Origin: Nitrospirota bacterium
Lineage (GTDB): Bacteria; Nitrospirota; Nitrospiria; Nitrospirales; Nitrospiraceae
Assembly (NCBI GenBank): GCA_963701855.1
Contig: CAVPBK010000004.1
Coordinates: 160,001 to 224,000 of the forward strand
DNA: 64,000 bases
Direction: 5' to 3'
Shown here: positions 50,263-59,951 of the stretch, in pieces
Layout: each line of letters begins with the position of its first letter
How positions within the stretch are numbered: position 1 is the stretch's first letter
Made by a program: the position numbers and the translations under genes
The notes under the pieces: model-generated
What the model was told of the DNA's origin: nothing
The model's database searches: none
The model's input: the letters and a program-made list of their open reading frames with translations, nothing else

Positions 50263-51133
50263 CACGGCGTTCCTTGGTAAGGGTGGCAGGATTCTGCTTC
50301 TTGGCTTCGTCCCACAATCGATCCATCTCTGCAAACGAGAGGTCGCTAACCGTACGGCTCGACGCAGCAGCCTGGGTTTCGATGAATTGGAATCGTTCGA
50401 CGAATCGGTTGGCAGCTTGGCGCAGGGCATCTTCCGGGTTCACTTTGATGAATCGGGCGAGATTCACGAGTGAAAACACCACGTCGCCGAACTCCGCAAC
50501 GATCTGCGCTTGTCGTGCTATTGCGGCGCCTGCCTCGGGTTCTATCTGGTTCGACGCAGGGGCTCGGATCGCCGCGCGGAGCTCCTGGATTTCTTCCTCG
50601 ATTTTCCCGAGAATCTGATCGAAGCCTTTTGCGTCATGGGTCCAATCGAAGCCGACGCGCGAGGCGCGGGCTTGAAGTTGGTAGGCCCTCAGAAGGGCCG
50701 GCAGCGTTTTCGGCACGCCGTCGAGCACTGAGTCTGGCCGGCCAGAAGCCTGGCGCTCTATGCGCTTGATATCTTCCCATCGCGCGACTACTTGGTCGGC
50801 ATTCGTCGGGGTCGGGTCAGCCAGCCCATTGCCAAATACGTGGGGATGCCGTCGAACCAATTTGTCGGCCAGTTGTTCGAGCACGTCCTCAATGGTAAAG
50901 CTGCCAGCCTCTGACGCGATCTGACTATGAAAGAGCACTTGCAGCAGCACATCGCCCAGTTCCTCTGGAAGTTTAGCGCGATCCTGTCGATCGAGAATTT
51001 CTAACACTTCGTAGGTTTCTTCGAGCAAATAGGGCTTCAGCGACTCATGCGTTTGCTTACGGTCCCAGGGGCATCCGTCCGGCGCGCGCAACGCGGCCAT
51101 CAAATCGACGAGTGTGTGAAATCGTTCCGACAT
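50255..51133 (-). CDS. mazG: Nucleoside triphosphate pyrophosphohydrolase MazG
   Basis: GCPWDRKQT, EETYE, EELGDVLLQV, RRHPHVF, EFGD. Confidence 0.96.
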   Translation of the reverse strand: MSERFHTLVDLMAALRAPDGCPWDRKQTHESLKPYLLEETYEVLEILDRQDRAKLPEELGDVLLQVLFHSQIASEAGSFTIEDVLEQLADKLVRRHPHVFGNGLADPTPTNADQVVARWEDIKRIERQASGRPDSVLDGVPKTLPALLRAYQLQARASRVGFDWTHDAKGFDQILGKIEEEIQELRAAIRAPASNQIEPEAGAAIARQAQIVAEFGDVVFSLVNLARFIKVNPEDALRQAANRFVERFQFIETQAAASSRTVSDLSFAEMDRLWDEAKKQNPATLTKERRDE

Positions 51134-51306
51134 CGTTCTCCTCATAATAGTCGCACAGAGTTGGGCGCTCATTATACCCGGTTCTCGACAGGCTTCAATC
51201 GGCTGACGTGCCAGTCGGCGCAGCTTGCGCGTTTGTCTAGCGTCTTGCGCCGCTTCAGGGCCTATGGTAGGGTACCGTCGCTGCATCTGGAGCGGGGGAA
51301 AGGCCT

Positions 51307-51699
51307 GTGGCCGCAGAACAGGAAGAAGGATTTGTCGTTCGGGATCGGCGGGGCGGGAGTGGACCCGACCGTCCCTCCACCACTTCGCCTGCAGCGGCGG
51401 AGATACAGCCCCACAAGGAGGCGGCACACTCCGATCCACACCAGGGTTCGGGAATTCCCGTCACCTTTTCATCTTTCGTCATTTCACTGGGCAGCTCTTC
51501 AATGATGTTGATGGGGGAACAGCTAGATCCCCAGCAGCCTCCGATGCCGCCGAATCTACCGCAAGCCAAAGACATTATCGACTTGCTCTCGGTCTTGGAA
51601 AACAAGACCACAGGTAATCTCACGACGGAAGAACAAGCGGTGCTGCGGGATATGCTCTACGCCCTTCGGATGAAGTACGTGAGTTTAGCTGCCACGTAG
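51307..51699 (+). CDS. DUF1844 family protein
   Basis: AKDIIDLLSVLENKTTGNLT.EE...L...LYALRMKY pattern. Confidence 0.85.
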   Translation: MAAEQEEGFVVRDRRGGSGPDRPSTTSPAAAEIQPHKEAAHSDPHQGSGIPVTFSSFVISLGSSSMMLMGEQLDPQQPPMPPNLPQAKDIIDLLSVLENKTTGNLTTEEQAVLRDMLYALRMKYVSLAAT

Positions 51700-51832
51700 T
51701 CGTACCCCCTGCCGCCGGCCGACCCCAGACCTGTCTGTCAGCCACCGTGGTTGATGCGACGGGGGGGAGACACTTGCCTGATTCGGTGAACGTGAGTAGT
51801 CTGTCCTCCATATATTATCGTAGCGCCGACAA

Positions 51833-54190
51833 TTGGAAATGCCGGATGTGAGTGATATCAAGAAAGACACAGGCTCTCTTTCCGGGGCAAAAACGAACCG
51901 TGGTTCCATGACCAGGAGCGCACCACCTTTTGCTGAGAACAGCCGTTCTTCACGGCTATCCGGACCTACTACGGAGCCGGAACGCGGGAAGATGCATTTG
52001 CGGCCAGTCTGGATCGTCCTCATTCTGCTGATTCCCTGTTTAGCGCTGACCTTCTACTACTCTCAGGTCGTGGCTCCGAGTGGCGAGGACACAGATTCCT
52101 TTCTGCCGACGACCAGCTACGCATTCGTGCTCCTGCTGCTCAATCTCGATCTGATCGGGTTTGTGGTCCTGATGCTCCTGCTCTCCCGCAACCTCATCAA
52201 GGCCTATTTCGAGCGGCGGCATCGACTATTTGGGTCGGGATTTCGGACAAAATTGGTGGCGGCCTTCATCGGCTTTTCACTCATCCCGACAGTACTCCTT
52301 GCTCTGGTCGCGAGCGGGCTGGTGAATAAGGCCGTGGATGTGTGGTTCAGCGATCAGATTGAGCAGGTGATGCGGGACTCTTATGACGTGGCAAGAATGC
52401 AGCATGCCGGCCATATTACCCTGGCTGTAAACAGTGCCAGAGCCATCAGCCATGAAATCTATCGGGAAGACATGCTGCTGGCAGCACAACGCGATCTGCT
52501 GGTGGCTGCAATGGCGCGTAAACGGGCAGAATTCGGTGTGGCAGGGATTGAAGTCTTTTCAGCCAAAATGGAAACACTCACCAAGGCATTGGATCTCGAC
52601 GTGCCCTCATCGGCTCTCGATCTGCCGATCGGCCAGCTGGTACTCCAAGTCATCAATGGGAAGCATGAAGTGAATGCGGTGCAGGAGGCTCAAACCGGAC
52701 GTTTGGTGCGGGCTGCGGCCCCCATCGCCGCGAGCGGACGGGCCGGCGAGATCGGCGGCGTCGTCGTCGTCGAGGCCTACGTGCCTGAATCGTTGCTGGC
52801 AAAAATGGAAGGGATCGGCCATCAGTACGACGAGTATAAGCAAACCAAGGCCATGAAAAATCCGATCAAGGCTGGGGCCTATCTCTTCGTTGCCGTCATC
52901 ACGGTGCTCATTTTGTTCGGGGCGACCTGGTTTGGGTTTTATGTCGCACGAAGCATCACGGTGCCGATTCAACGGCTGGCCGAAGCGACAGAGGCCATTG
53001 CCCAAGGGGATCTCTCTGTTCGTATCGAAGCCAAGGCAACCGATGAAATCGGCACGTTGATCGATTCGTTCAACCGCATGACGTCGGATCTGCAAGGGAG
53101 TAAGTCCGAGATCGAAGAGGCCAACATCTCGTTGCGCCACAGCAATCTTGAACTCGATCGCCGTCGCGCCTACATTGAGACAGTCGTCGAAACAATCGCC
53201 GCGGGCTTGCTCTCTATCGACAAGAATGGACTGATCATGAATTTCAATCCGTCCGGTGAACGGATCCTTGGGCTTACAGCGGATCGATTTCGTAGCCGAC
53301 CGGCCAATGAGGTGTTTAAAGAGTTTAAACTCGATCTGTTCCAGACGGTCTACGATCGGATGTTGGCCGATCAGCGCGATACGCTGACGCTTGAGGGCCC
53401 GATGGAGATCGACGGCAGATTCTTGACCATCGGACTTCACGGGTCCCGTATGAAGGATGAAGCAAGTAAGGACCTCGGTATCGTGCTGGTGTTTGAAGAT
53501 CTCACAGAGTTGATCAAAGCTCAAAAAGTGGCGGCGTGGCAAGAGGTGGCGCGGCGGGTGGCGCACGAAATTAAGAACCCGTTGACGCCCATCCAATTGT
53601 CCGCACAACGGTTGCGCAAAAAGTTCTACGAGAAGTCGCCGGATTTCGAGACGATCTTCGACGAAGCCACCAACGTGATCATCAACGAAGTGACGAGTCT
53701 CAAGCATATGGTCGACGAATTTTCGAAATTTGCCCGCCTGCCGACTCCGCAGATGGCGCATCAGTCGCTCCACGATGTGATCAACGAAGTCACGGCGCTC
53801 TATCGAGAGGCTCACAAGGATGTGGAGCTGATCCTGACGCTGGACGAAGACCTCCCGTTGCTCAATTTCGACCGTGAACAGCTCAAGCGGGTGATGGTCA
53901 ATCTGCTGGACAACGCGATTCAAGCGATGCAACAGAAAGGGCGAGTGTGGCTCTCGACGAAGTACGATACGAAGCGTCGGCGGGCCGTGGTGAGCGTGGC
54001 AGATGAGGGCCCGGGCATTGCGCCGGAAGACCGGGAAAAACTGTTTGTGCCATACTTCACGCGGAAAAAGACGGGAACGGGGCTGGGATTGGCAATCGTG
54101 CGGCGGATCATTACCGATCACGAGGGGCAAATTCATGCGAGCCAGAATCAGCCCAAAGGGGCCGTGTTCACGTTCGAATTACCGGTCTAG
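51833..54190 (+). CDS. NtrY-like HAMP/PAS sensor histidine kinase
   Basis: TM helices, GFRTKLV, HAMP, AWQEVARRVAHEIKNPLTPIQL H-box, GTGLGL; start uncertain. Confidence 0.92.
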   Translation: MEMPDVSDIKKDTGSLSGAKTNRGSMTRSAPPFAENSRSSRLSGPTTEPERGKMHLRPVWIVLILLIPCLALTFYYSQVVAPSGEDTDSFLPTTSYAFVLLLLNLDLIGFVVLMLLLSRNLIKAYFERRHRLFGSGFRTKLVAAFIGFSLIPTVLLALVASGLVNKAVDVWFSDQIEQVMRDSYDVARMQHAGHITLAVNSARAISHEIYREDMLLAAQRDLLVAAMARKRAEFGVAGIEVFSAKMETLTKALDLDVPSSALDLPIGQLVLQVINGKHEVNAVQEAQTGRLVRAAAPIAASGRAGEIGGVVVVEAYVPESLLAKMEGIGHQYDEYKQTKAMKNPIKAGAYLFVAVITVLILFGATWFGFYVARSITVPIQRLAEATEAIAQGDLSVRIEAKATDEIGTLIDSFNRMTSDLQGSKSEIEEANISLRHSNLELDRRRAYIETVVETIAAGLLSIDKNGLIMNFNPSGERILGLTADRFRSRPANEVFKEFKLDLFQTVYDRMLADQRDTLTLEGPMEIDGRFLTIGLHGSRMKDEASKDLGIVLVFEDLTELIKAQKVAAWQEVARRVAHEIKNPLTPIQLSAQRLRKKFYEKSPDFETIFDEATNVIINEVTSLKHMVDEFSKFARLPTPQMAHQSLHDVINEVTALYREAHKDVELILTLDEDLPLLNFDREQLKRVMVNLLDNAIQAMQQKGRVWLSTKYDTKRRRAVVSVADEGPGIAPEDREKLFVPYFTRKKTGTGLGLAIVRRIITDHEGQIHASQNQPKGAVFTFELPV

Positions 54191-54289
54191 CACAGAGGTC
54201 AATCATCACTCGTCAATGATCAATCCAAAAAGCGAGCTGGAGATCAAGGCACAGTTGACGCTTTACGTTTCACGTTTTATGGGGGATTC

Positions 54290-55684
54290 ATGTCTGCATC
54301 GATCTTAATTGTGGATGACGAAGAGCCGATTCTCACATCCTTGAGCAGTATTCTACGGGATGAAGGGTATGAAGTAGCGGTGGCCAAGAACGGCGTGGAG
54401 GCGTTGCGCGTCTACACCATGGATCCGCCCGACCTCATGCTCCTCGACATCTGGATGCCGGAAATGGACGGCATGGAAACCTTGCGCCGAGTTCGTGAGT
54501 TGGTGCCGACCGCACAGGTGATGATGATGTCTGGGCACGGCTCGATCGAAACGGCGGTCAAGGCGATCAAGCTGGGGGCCTATGATTATATCGAAAAGCC
54601 CCTGTCGCTCGAAAATGTCACGCTGCGTGTGAAGCATGCCTTGGATCAACACCGGTTGGAACAAGAGAACCGGACGCTCCGAACCACGGTCCAGCGGAAG
54701 TTTGAGTTGGTGGGACAGTCGCCTGCGATGCAGTATTTGCGGCAACTGATCGAGACAGCCGGGCCGACTAATAGCCGCGTGTTGATCGGAGGAGAGAACG
54801 GGACAGGAAAGGAACTTGTTGCGCGGGCGATCCATCTGCAAAGCGCACGGGCCAGCCGGCCGTTTGTGGCGGTGAACTGTGCGGCTATCCCGGAGACCTT
54901 GATCGAGAGTGAGCTGTTCGGACACGAAAAGGGCTCCTTCACCGGTGCAACGTCGATGAAACGCGGGCAGTTCGAGCAGGCGGACGGAGGCACGTTGTTT
55001 CTCGATGAAATCGCCGACATGAGCTTGAGCACCCAGGCGAAGGTATTGCGGGCCCTCCAGGAACAGCAATTCACTCGTGTCGGGGGAACCAAGCTCATGA
55101 AGGTAGATGTTCGGGTGTTAGCCGCGTCCAATAAGGATTTGCTCAAGGAAATCGAGAAAGGCGCATTTCGCGATGATCTCTTCTACCGGCTGAATGTGGT
55201 GCCGATTATCGTACCGCCGCTCAGGGAGCGTCGGGAAGACATCCCGCTCCTCGTTCGCCACTTCATGAAGGTCCATGCAGAAGAGCAGGGGTTGCGGATG
55301 AAAGAGATCTCGCCGGAGGCGATGGTGGTGTTTCAACACTATGACTGGCCGGGGAATATTCGAGAATTGCGGAACCTGATCGAACGATTGATGATCATGG
55401 TGCCGGGACCCGTCATCGATCCAGCGCAAGCGGGTCTTTCCTTACAGGCGCGTCCAACTGGGCCGGCGTCCCAATCTGCGATTCCCATAGCCAATCCACT
55501 TTTCACGCAGTCGTATGACTCGCTCAGAGACGCCCGCAATGCATTTGAAAAGGACTATATCGCGAGAAAGTTACGTGAGCATCATTGGAACATATCCCGC
55601 ACGGCTGAAGAGTTGAAAATCGAACGAAGTCATCTCCATCGGAAAATCAAGTTGCTGGATGTGGAGATGCGGCCGGAGGGATAG
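54290..55684 (+). CDS. NtrX-like sigma54-type response regulator
   Basis: Receiver (VDDE, LDIWMP), GENGTGKE, ESELFGHEKGSFTGA, C-terminal HTH. Confidence 0.93.
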   Translation: MSASILIVDDEEPILTSLSSILRDEGYEVAVAKNGVEALRVYTMDPPDLMLLDIWMPEMDGMETLRRVRELVPTAQVMMMSGHGSIETAVKAIKLGAYDYIEKPLSLENVTLRVKHALDQHRLEQENRTLRTTVQRKFELVGQSPAMQYLRQLIETAGPTNSRVLIGGENGTGKELVARAIHLQSARASRPFVAVNCAAIPETLIESELFGHEKGSFTGATSMKRGQFEQADGGTLFLDEIADMSLSTQAKVLRALQEQQFTRVGGTKLMKVDVRVLAASNKDLLKEIEKGAFRDDLFYRLNVVPIIVPPLRERREDIPLLVRHFMKVHAEEQGLRMKEISPEAMVVFQHYDWPGNIRELRNLIERLMIMVPGPVIDPAQAGLSLQARPTGPASQSAIPIANPLFTQSYDSLRDARNAFEKDYIARKLREHHWNISRTAEELKIERSHLHRKIKLLDVEMRPEG

Positions 55685-55900
55685 CGGGGATGGCGAAACG
55701 GTTAGGACGGCCTCCATGCTCGCAAAGCCCCTACGATAAAGAGTAGTCGCTCGATCCACGCAGTAGAAACCACCCCAGCCGCCTTGCCATTCAAGCAGAA
55801 TTTGAGCAACGCCCCGACTTTTTGTTCTCAGCCTTAACCTGAGCCTAAACCTTCCATACACGCTGGCGGATCTTTTCAGCATCCCACCGGTGTTCGCGCG

Positions 55901-55930
55901 TTGACCACGGCAATAGCCCTCCGCTAAGAT
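55901..55930 (+). promoter_or_regulatory. Candidate sigma70 promoter just before purM
   Basis: TTGACC-18 nt-TAAGAT, ATG 9 nt downstream, no SD. Confidence 0.5.
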
Positions 55931-55939
55931 GCGCACCCT

Positions 55940-56977
55940 ATGACAACCTATCGAGATGCCGGAGTCGATATCGATGCGGGTGACGAGTTCGTCGACCGGA
56001 TTTCACCACTGGTGCGATCCACGTTCCGTCCGGAAGTCCTGACGGACCTCGGCGGATTCGGTGGATTGTTTAAGCTGCAGGCCCATCGCTATGCCGAACC
56101 AGTCCTTGTCTCCGGCACGGATGGAGTCGGAACGAAATTGAAGATCGCCTTCCTCACGGATCGTCACGATACCGTCGGAATCGATCTGGTGGCCATGTGT
56201 GTCAACGACATTGTGGTCAGCGGGGCCGAACCCCTGTTCTTTTTGGATTATTTCGCAACGGGAAAGCTTGCCGTCCCCAAGGCTGAGTCCGTGCTCAAGG
56301 GAATCGCCGAAGGCTGTCGCCAGGCCGGCTGCGCCTTGATCGGTGGGGAAACCGCCGAGATGCCCTCCTTCTATGCAGAGGGCGAGTATGACCTGGCTGG
56401 GTTCGCCGTCGGAGTGGTGGATCGGCCTAAGATCATCGATGGCCGCAGCATTGTGCCAGGCGATGTCCTGATTGGATTGGCTTCTACCGGTCTTCATAGC
56501 AACGGCTATTCGTTGGCACGCCGTGTCTTGTTGGATCAGGCACAACTCAGCGTGACTAGTCGCCTGACTGATCTCGATCAGCCACTTGGGGACGTCTTGC
56601 TGACTCCGACCAGAATTTACGCCAAACAGATTCTCACCTTGATCCAGGAATATCCCATCAAAGGCATTGCCCATATCACCGGCGGGGGCATTACCGAGAA
56701 TCTCCCGCGAGTATTTCCCTCCGGCTTGCGGGCACAGGTGCGGCGAAGTGCCTGGTCCGTGCCACCTATTTTCCAAGCGATTGCACGGATTGGACAGGTC
56801 GAGCGTGAGGAGATGTATCGCGTTTTCAACATGGGAATTGGGTTGATTCTCGTGGCGCCGGCAGCAGTCGCCCAGTCTATCGTCGCGCGTGCCACATCGT
56901 TGGGCGATCCGGCTTGCCAAATCGGGACCATGATCTCATCGATCGACGGGGAGGCATTGGTGGAGTATGTCGACTAA
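55940..56977 (+). CDS. purM: Phosphoribosylformylglycinamidine cyclo-ligase
   Basis: YRDAGVDI, TDGVGTK, GGETAEMP, HSNGYSL, HITGGG. Confidence 0.98.
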   Translation: MTTYRDAGVDIDAGDEFVDRISPLVRSTFRPEVLTDLGGFGGLFKLQAHRYAEPVLVSGTDGVGTKLKIAFLTDRHDTVGIDLVAMCVNDIVVSGAEPLFFLDYFATGKLAVPKAESVLKGIAEGCRQAGCALIGGETAEMPSFYAEGEYDLAGFAVGVVDRPKIIDGRSIVPGDVLIGLASTGLHSNGYSLARRVLLDQAQLSVTSRLTDLDQPLGDVLLTPTRIYAKQILTLIQEYPIKGIAHITGGGITENLPRVFPSGLRAQVRRSAWSVPPIFQAIARIGQVEREEMYRVFNMGIGLILVAPAAVAQSIVARATSLGDPACQIGTMISSIDGEALVEYVD

Positions 56978-57641
56978 GCGAACGGATGCGCTGCGAGTCG
57001 CCGTGTTGGCATCCGGACGCGGATCGAATCTTCAGGCGGTCATCGACGCGATCGAAGCGGGGACGGTCTATTCAAAGATTGTCGCCGTTATCAGCAACAA
57101 GAAAGACGCCCCAGCATTAGATCGCGCCCGCCGACAGGGACTCTCCGGTCTCTTCGTCGATCCCAAGCCCTATGCAGGTAGACCCGACAGCCGTGAGGCC
57201 TACGATCGCGAACTACTCAATGTGCTTCGGCAGCATGATGTGGAGTTGGTGTTACTAGCCGGGTACATGAAAATTGTGACCCGTGTCCTGGTTGAGGCCT
57301 TTGCAAATCGCATGATGAACATCCATCCGTCTCTGTTGCCTTCTTTTCCAGGGTTGGATGTGCATAAGAAGGCAATCGAATGGGGGTGCAAACTTTCCGG
57401 ATGTACGGTCCACTTTGTGACGGAAGGCATGGATGAAGGGCCGATCATTCTTCAAGCGGCGGTGCCGATTCTCGATGATGACACTCCCGACACACTGGCC
57501 GCTCGAATTCTTGATCAAGAGCACAAGATCTACCCGCGAGCAGTCCAGCTTTTTGCCGAGGGGCGCCTGCGGGTTGAGGAGCGCCGAGTATTCATCGAGG
57601 CTGGAAAGCCGGAGGGTGAGTCGGTGATCAGCCCGTCATAG
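56967..57641 (+). CDS. purN: Phosphoribosylglycinamide formyltransferase
   Basis: SGRGSNLQA, LAGYM, NIHPSLLP, DEGPII. Confidence 0.98.
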   Translation: MSTKRTDALRVAVLASGRGSNLQAVIDAIEAGTVYSKIVAVISNKKDAPALDRARRQGLSGLFVDPKPYAGRPDSREAYDRELLNVLRQHDVELVLLAGYMKIVTRVLVEAFANRMMNIHPSLLPSFPGLDVHKKAIEWGCKLSGCTVHFVTEGMDEGPIILQAAVPILDDDTPDTLAARILDQEHKIYPRAVQLFAEGRLRVEERRVFIEAGKPEGESVISPS

Positions 57642-57810
57642 CGTTACGCGCAGGCAGGAAGAGGTCAAGACTGAGGCTGCGCGAGGAGAATTATATTTTC
57701 TCAGCCTCGGCATAGGCCTCGACCTGTTTCGGCTAGAGACTCAAGAAACGGTCGTGTATAATATGATCGATGGTGAGGCGCTCGTCTCTCCTGTTGAATG
57801 TCGATCGAGT

Positions 57811-57886
57811 GGGGGGCTAGCTCAGTTGGGAGAGCACTACGTTCGCAACGTAGGGGTCGGGGGTTCAACTCCCCTGCCCTCCACCA
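57811..57886 (+). tRNA. tRNA-Ala (CGC)
   Basis: GGGGGGC...GCCCTCC-ACCA with G3:U70, anticodon loop TTCGCAA, GGTTCAACTCC. Confidence 0.95.
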
Positions 57887-57892
57887 AAATAC

Positions 57893-57916
57893 CACAGTAT
57901 ACCTAGGTATACTGTG
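57893..57916. repeat. Perfect 24-bp palindrome CACAGTATACCTAGGTATACTGTG
   Basis: Direct reading; 6 nt after tRNA CCA. Confidence 0.9.
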
Positions 57917-57996
57917 AGTCATTCGAAGTGGCCTATTTCCGAAAGAGGAGAGTCGTCAGTCAGCACGGCGATCATCCCTGAGATCCTGTGACCACC

Positions 57997-58911
57997 TCAC
58001 GGTGTCCCTTCCTGCACGGTCACATTGGCCCGCCCGATCTCGGTTGTCGTGCCTTCCAGGTAGAACACGAACTCCACCTTATGCGAGCCAGTGCCGAACC
58101 GCCCCGTCGTCGCCGTCAGGCCATTGTCATTAGGGAAGCCATAGGGTGCGTCATGTTCGACATGATGGACGACCCCATCTAAGAGAACCGTCGCCATAAC
58201 ATCCCGGAAATCGGTTGTAGACCCCTCCACACCCCACATACCGGCGGCAGGAAAGCCCACGACCGTCAAATTCACGTTCCTCATCGCGGGAGGCGGCGGG
58301 GGCGCAGACGGGTCCCCTTCCTGCACGTTCACATTGGCCCGCCCGATCTCGGTTGTCGTGCCTTCCAGGTAGAACACGAACTCCACCTTATGCGAGCCAG
58401 TGCCGAACCGCCCCGTCGTCGCCGTCAGGCCATTGTCATTAGGGAAGCCATAGGGTGCGTCATGTTCGACATGATGGACGACCCCATCCAAGAACACCGT
58501 CGCCATAACATTCCGGAGGTCGGTCGTGTCCCCTTCCACACCCCACATACCAGCGGCAGGATTACCCACGACTGTGAGCCTCACTGTCGTCATAGGGGGT
58601 GGGGACGGGGGCGAAGACCCGACGGGAGTAAAGGTCGCGAGGTTGCTAATACCCGACTCATTGTTGGTCGAGTCATATGCGGTAATAAAATAATAGTGAG
58701 TGATTGCCGGTGTTCCAATATCGAAACTAGTCCCCGTTCCTAATGTGATGAGAAGAGTCCCGGACGATTTGATACAGGGCAGGAGACTGCATTGATAGAT
58801 ACGATAGCCCGCCAGATCCGGTTCACTATTGGAATTCCAGGTCAACGTGGCACCCCACGCACTACTAGACGAGAACATCAGAAAACACGCGATGGCTCTT
58901 ATCCAGTTCAT
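57997..58911 (-). CDS. Secreted protein: fibronectin type III-like domain plus two tandem Ig-like repeats
   Basis: Signal peptide, LTWNSNSEPDLAGYRIY...YFITAYD..NES FN3 pattern, Pro linkers, 103 aa repeat period. Confidence 0.85.
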   Translation of the reverse strand: MNWIRAIACFLMFSSSSAWGATLTWNSNSEPDLAGYRIYQCSLLPCIKSSGTLLITLGTGTSFDIGTPAITHYYFITAYDSTNNESGISNLATFTPVGSSPPSPPPMTTVRLTVVGNPAAGMWGVEGDTTDLRNVMATVFLDGVVHHVEHDAPYGFPNDNGLTATTGRFGTGSHKVEFVFYLEGTTTEIGRANVNVQEGDPSAPPPPPAMRNVNLTVVGFPAAGMWGVEGSTTDFRDVMATVLLDGVVHHVEHDAPYGFPNDNGLTATTGRFGTGSHKVEFVFYLEGTTTEIGRANVTVQEGTP

Positions 58912-59073
58912 TCGGACACTCCTATAGGTATGTGCTCACCGGCAGTAGGCACACCAGTCTCGGAGAAGCCAACTTCTCGCGAACAAGTGCCTCTGTCGGA
59001 TTGCAGAACTGACTCCGTCAACCGAGGAGAGATTGAAGAGGGCAATCGTTTACCTCTTCACTGTGGTAATTAC

Positions 59074-59088
59074 GCAAGGTGCGTGCCG
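59074..59088 (-). promoter_or_regulatory. Candidate sigma54 (-24/-12) promoter for the FN3 gene
   Basis: Minus strand CGGCAC-GCACC-TTGC matching GG-N10-GC. Confidence 0.5.
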
Positions 59089-59302
59089 TCGCAGGCGGAG
59101 GATGGTCAGAGCAAAAGCCCTGGAAATGAGCTATGGCGAGCGAAATACTGATGGTGGTGTGCTGGGAAACTGTAGGAGACGGGAGCAGATTATTCAGGCA
59201 ATGCTAGCATTTCTCGGAGGATAGACACTGCAGTCGGTTGCCTTCAGATACGACAGTGAAGAATGATACGGAGGTAATCGGTTAATAAACCCGTCACGAC
59301 AT

Positions 59303-59337
59303 AACAAAACCCCCAGAAGCCGTGCCTGCTGGGGGTT
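59303..59337 (-). terminator. Rho-independent terminator-like hairpin
   Basis: Minus strand AACCCCCAG-loop-CTGGGGGTT followed by TTGTT. Confidence 0.65.
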
Positions 59338-59951
59338 CATGCGATCAGCGCGAGCGTGTGAATTTCAAAAGAAAGCGCGTCGGTTAACGACGGTAGGAAC
59401 CCCTGTGGGTGCCCAACCCTCAAGGATTAAAAATGAATGGAGATTGAGACAGACCACTGTCTTGATTTGGAATGGGCGCGGGTGAGCAAGATTTGATGGC
59501 AGTCCCACTTCGGAGAGAGAGACTTTCCAGTGAGGACCCCTTGGCGATACTAGGACCAAAGGGGTGTTCCTCTTGTGATACGATCGGATTGGTAGGCGTT
59601 CCCAGTTGATCACCAGACAACGCCCGTTGATTCAGATCTGACTCTTTTTTTGTGATGCCTCGACGGGGTAAGTGACAGATAGACATCGCGGGATGGCAGT
59701 TCTGGCGAGAGGTCGGAATTGGTGAGTTTTTGTGGTCCCAGTCGCCGTACTCCCGTGGAGCCAGTGCATCCGGCGAAAGGCAAAGCCCCACGAGTACGAC
59801 AACTGCAATTCCATCCATTTAACAACATTGTCTCCTTCACCTAACGATCCGTCAACGGATAGACTCTTTTTTCCTTTCTTCCCTTCGCGGTGTTCGCAGC
59901 GGCACACGAATCGTGGGGTAAAATAAATCAGGTAGCGGGCACCCTCCACCA

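Larger units (their letters stand above)
57887..59951. mobile_element. Putative non-autonomous tRNA-Ala cassette 1
   Basis: Bounded by CCCTCCACCA at 57877-57886 and 59942-59951; end motifs shared with cassette 2; no integrase. Confidence 0.65.

Noticed and set aside
52607..54136. 509 aa minus-strand ORF
   Set aside because: Antisense to the well-supported histidine kinase.
55682..55882. Possible further MITE after the NtrX-like gene
   Set aside because: Only a degenerate TTTTCAGCATCC end is visible; boundaries cannot be supported.
57997..58590. Repeat pair as DGR template/variable region
   Set aside because: Both copies are in frame in one ORF, differences are not adenine-specific, and no reverse transcriptase is present.
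59740..59800. GAAA..GGCAAAGCC resembling a c-di-GMP-I riboswitch
   Set aside because: Lacks the GGCAAAC..GAAA..GGGCGCAAAG arrangement, and the stem pairs better on the opposite strand.
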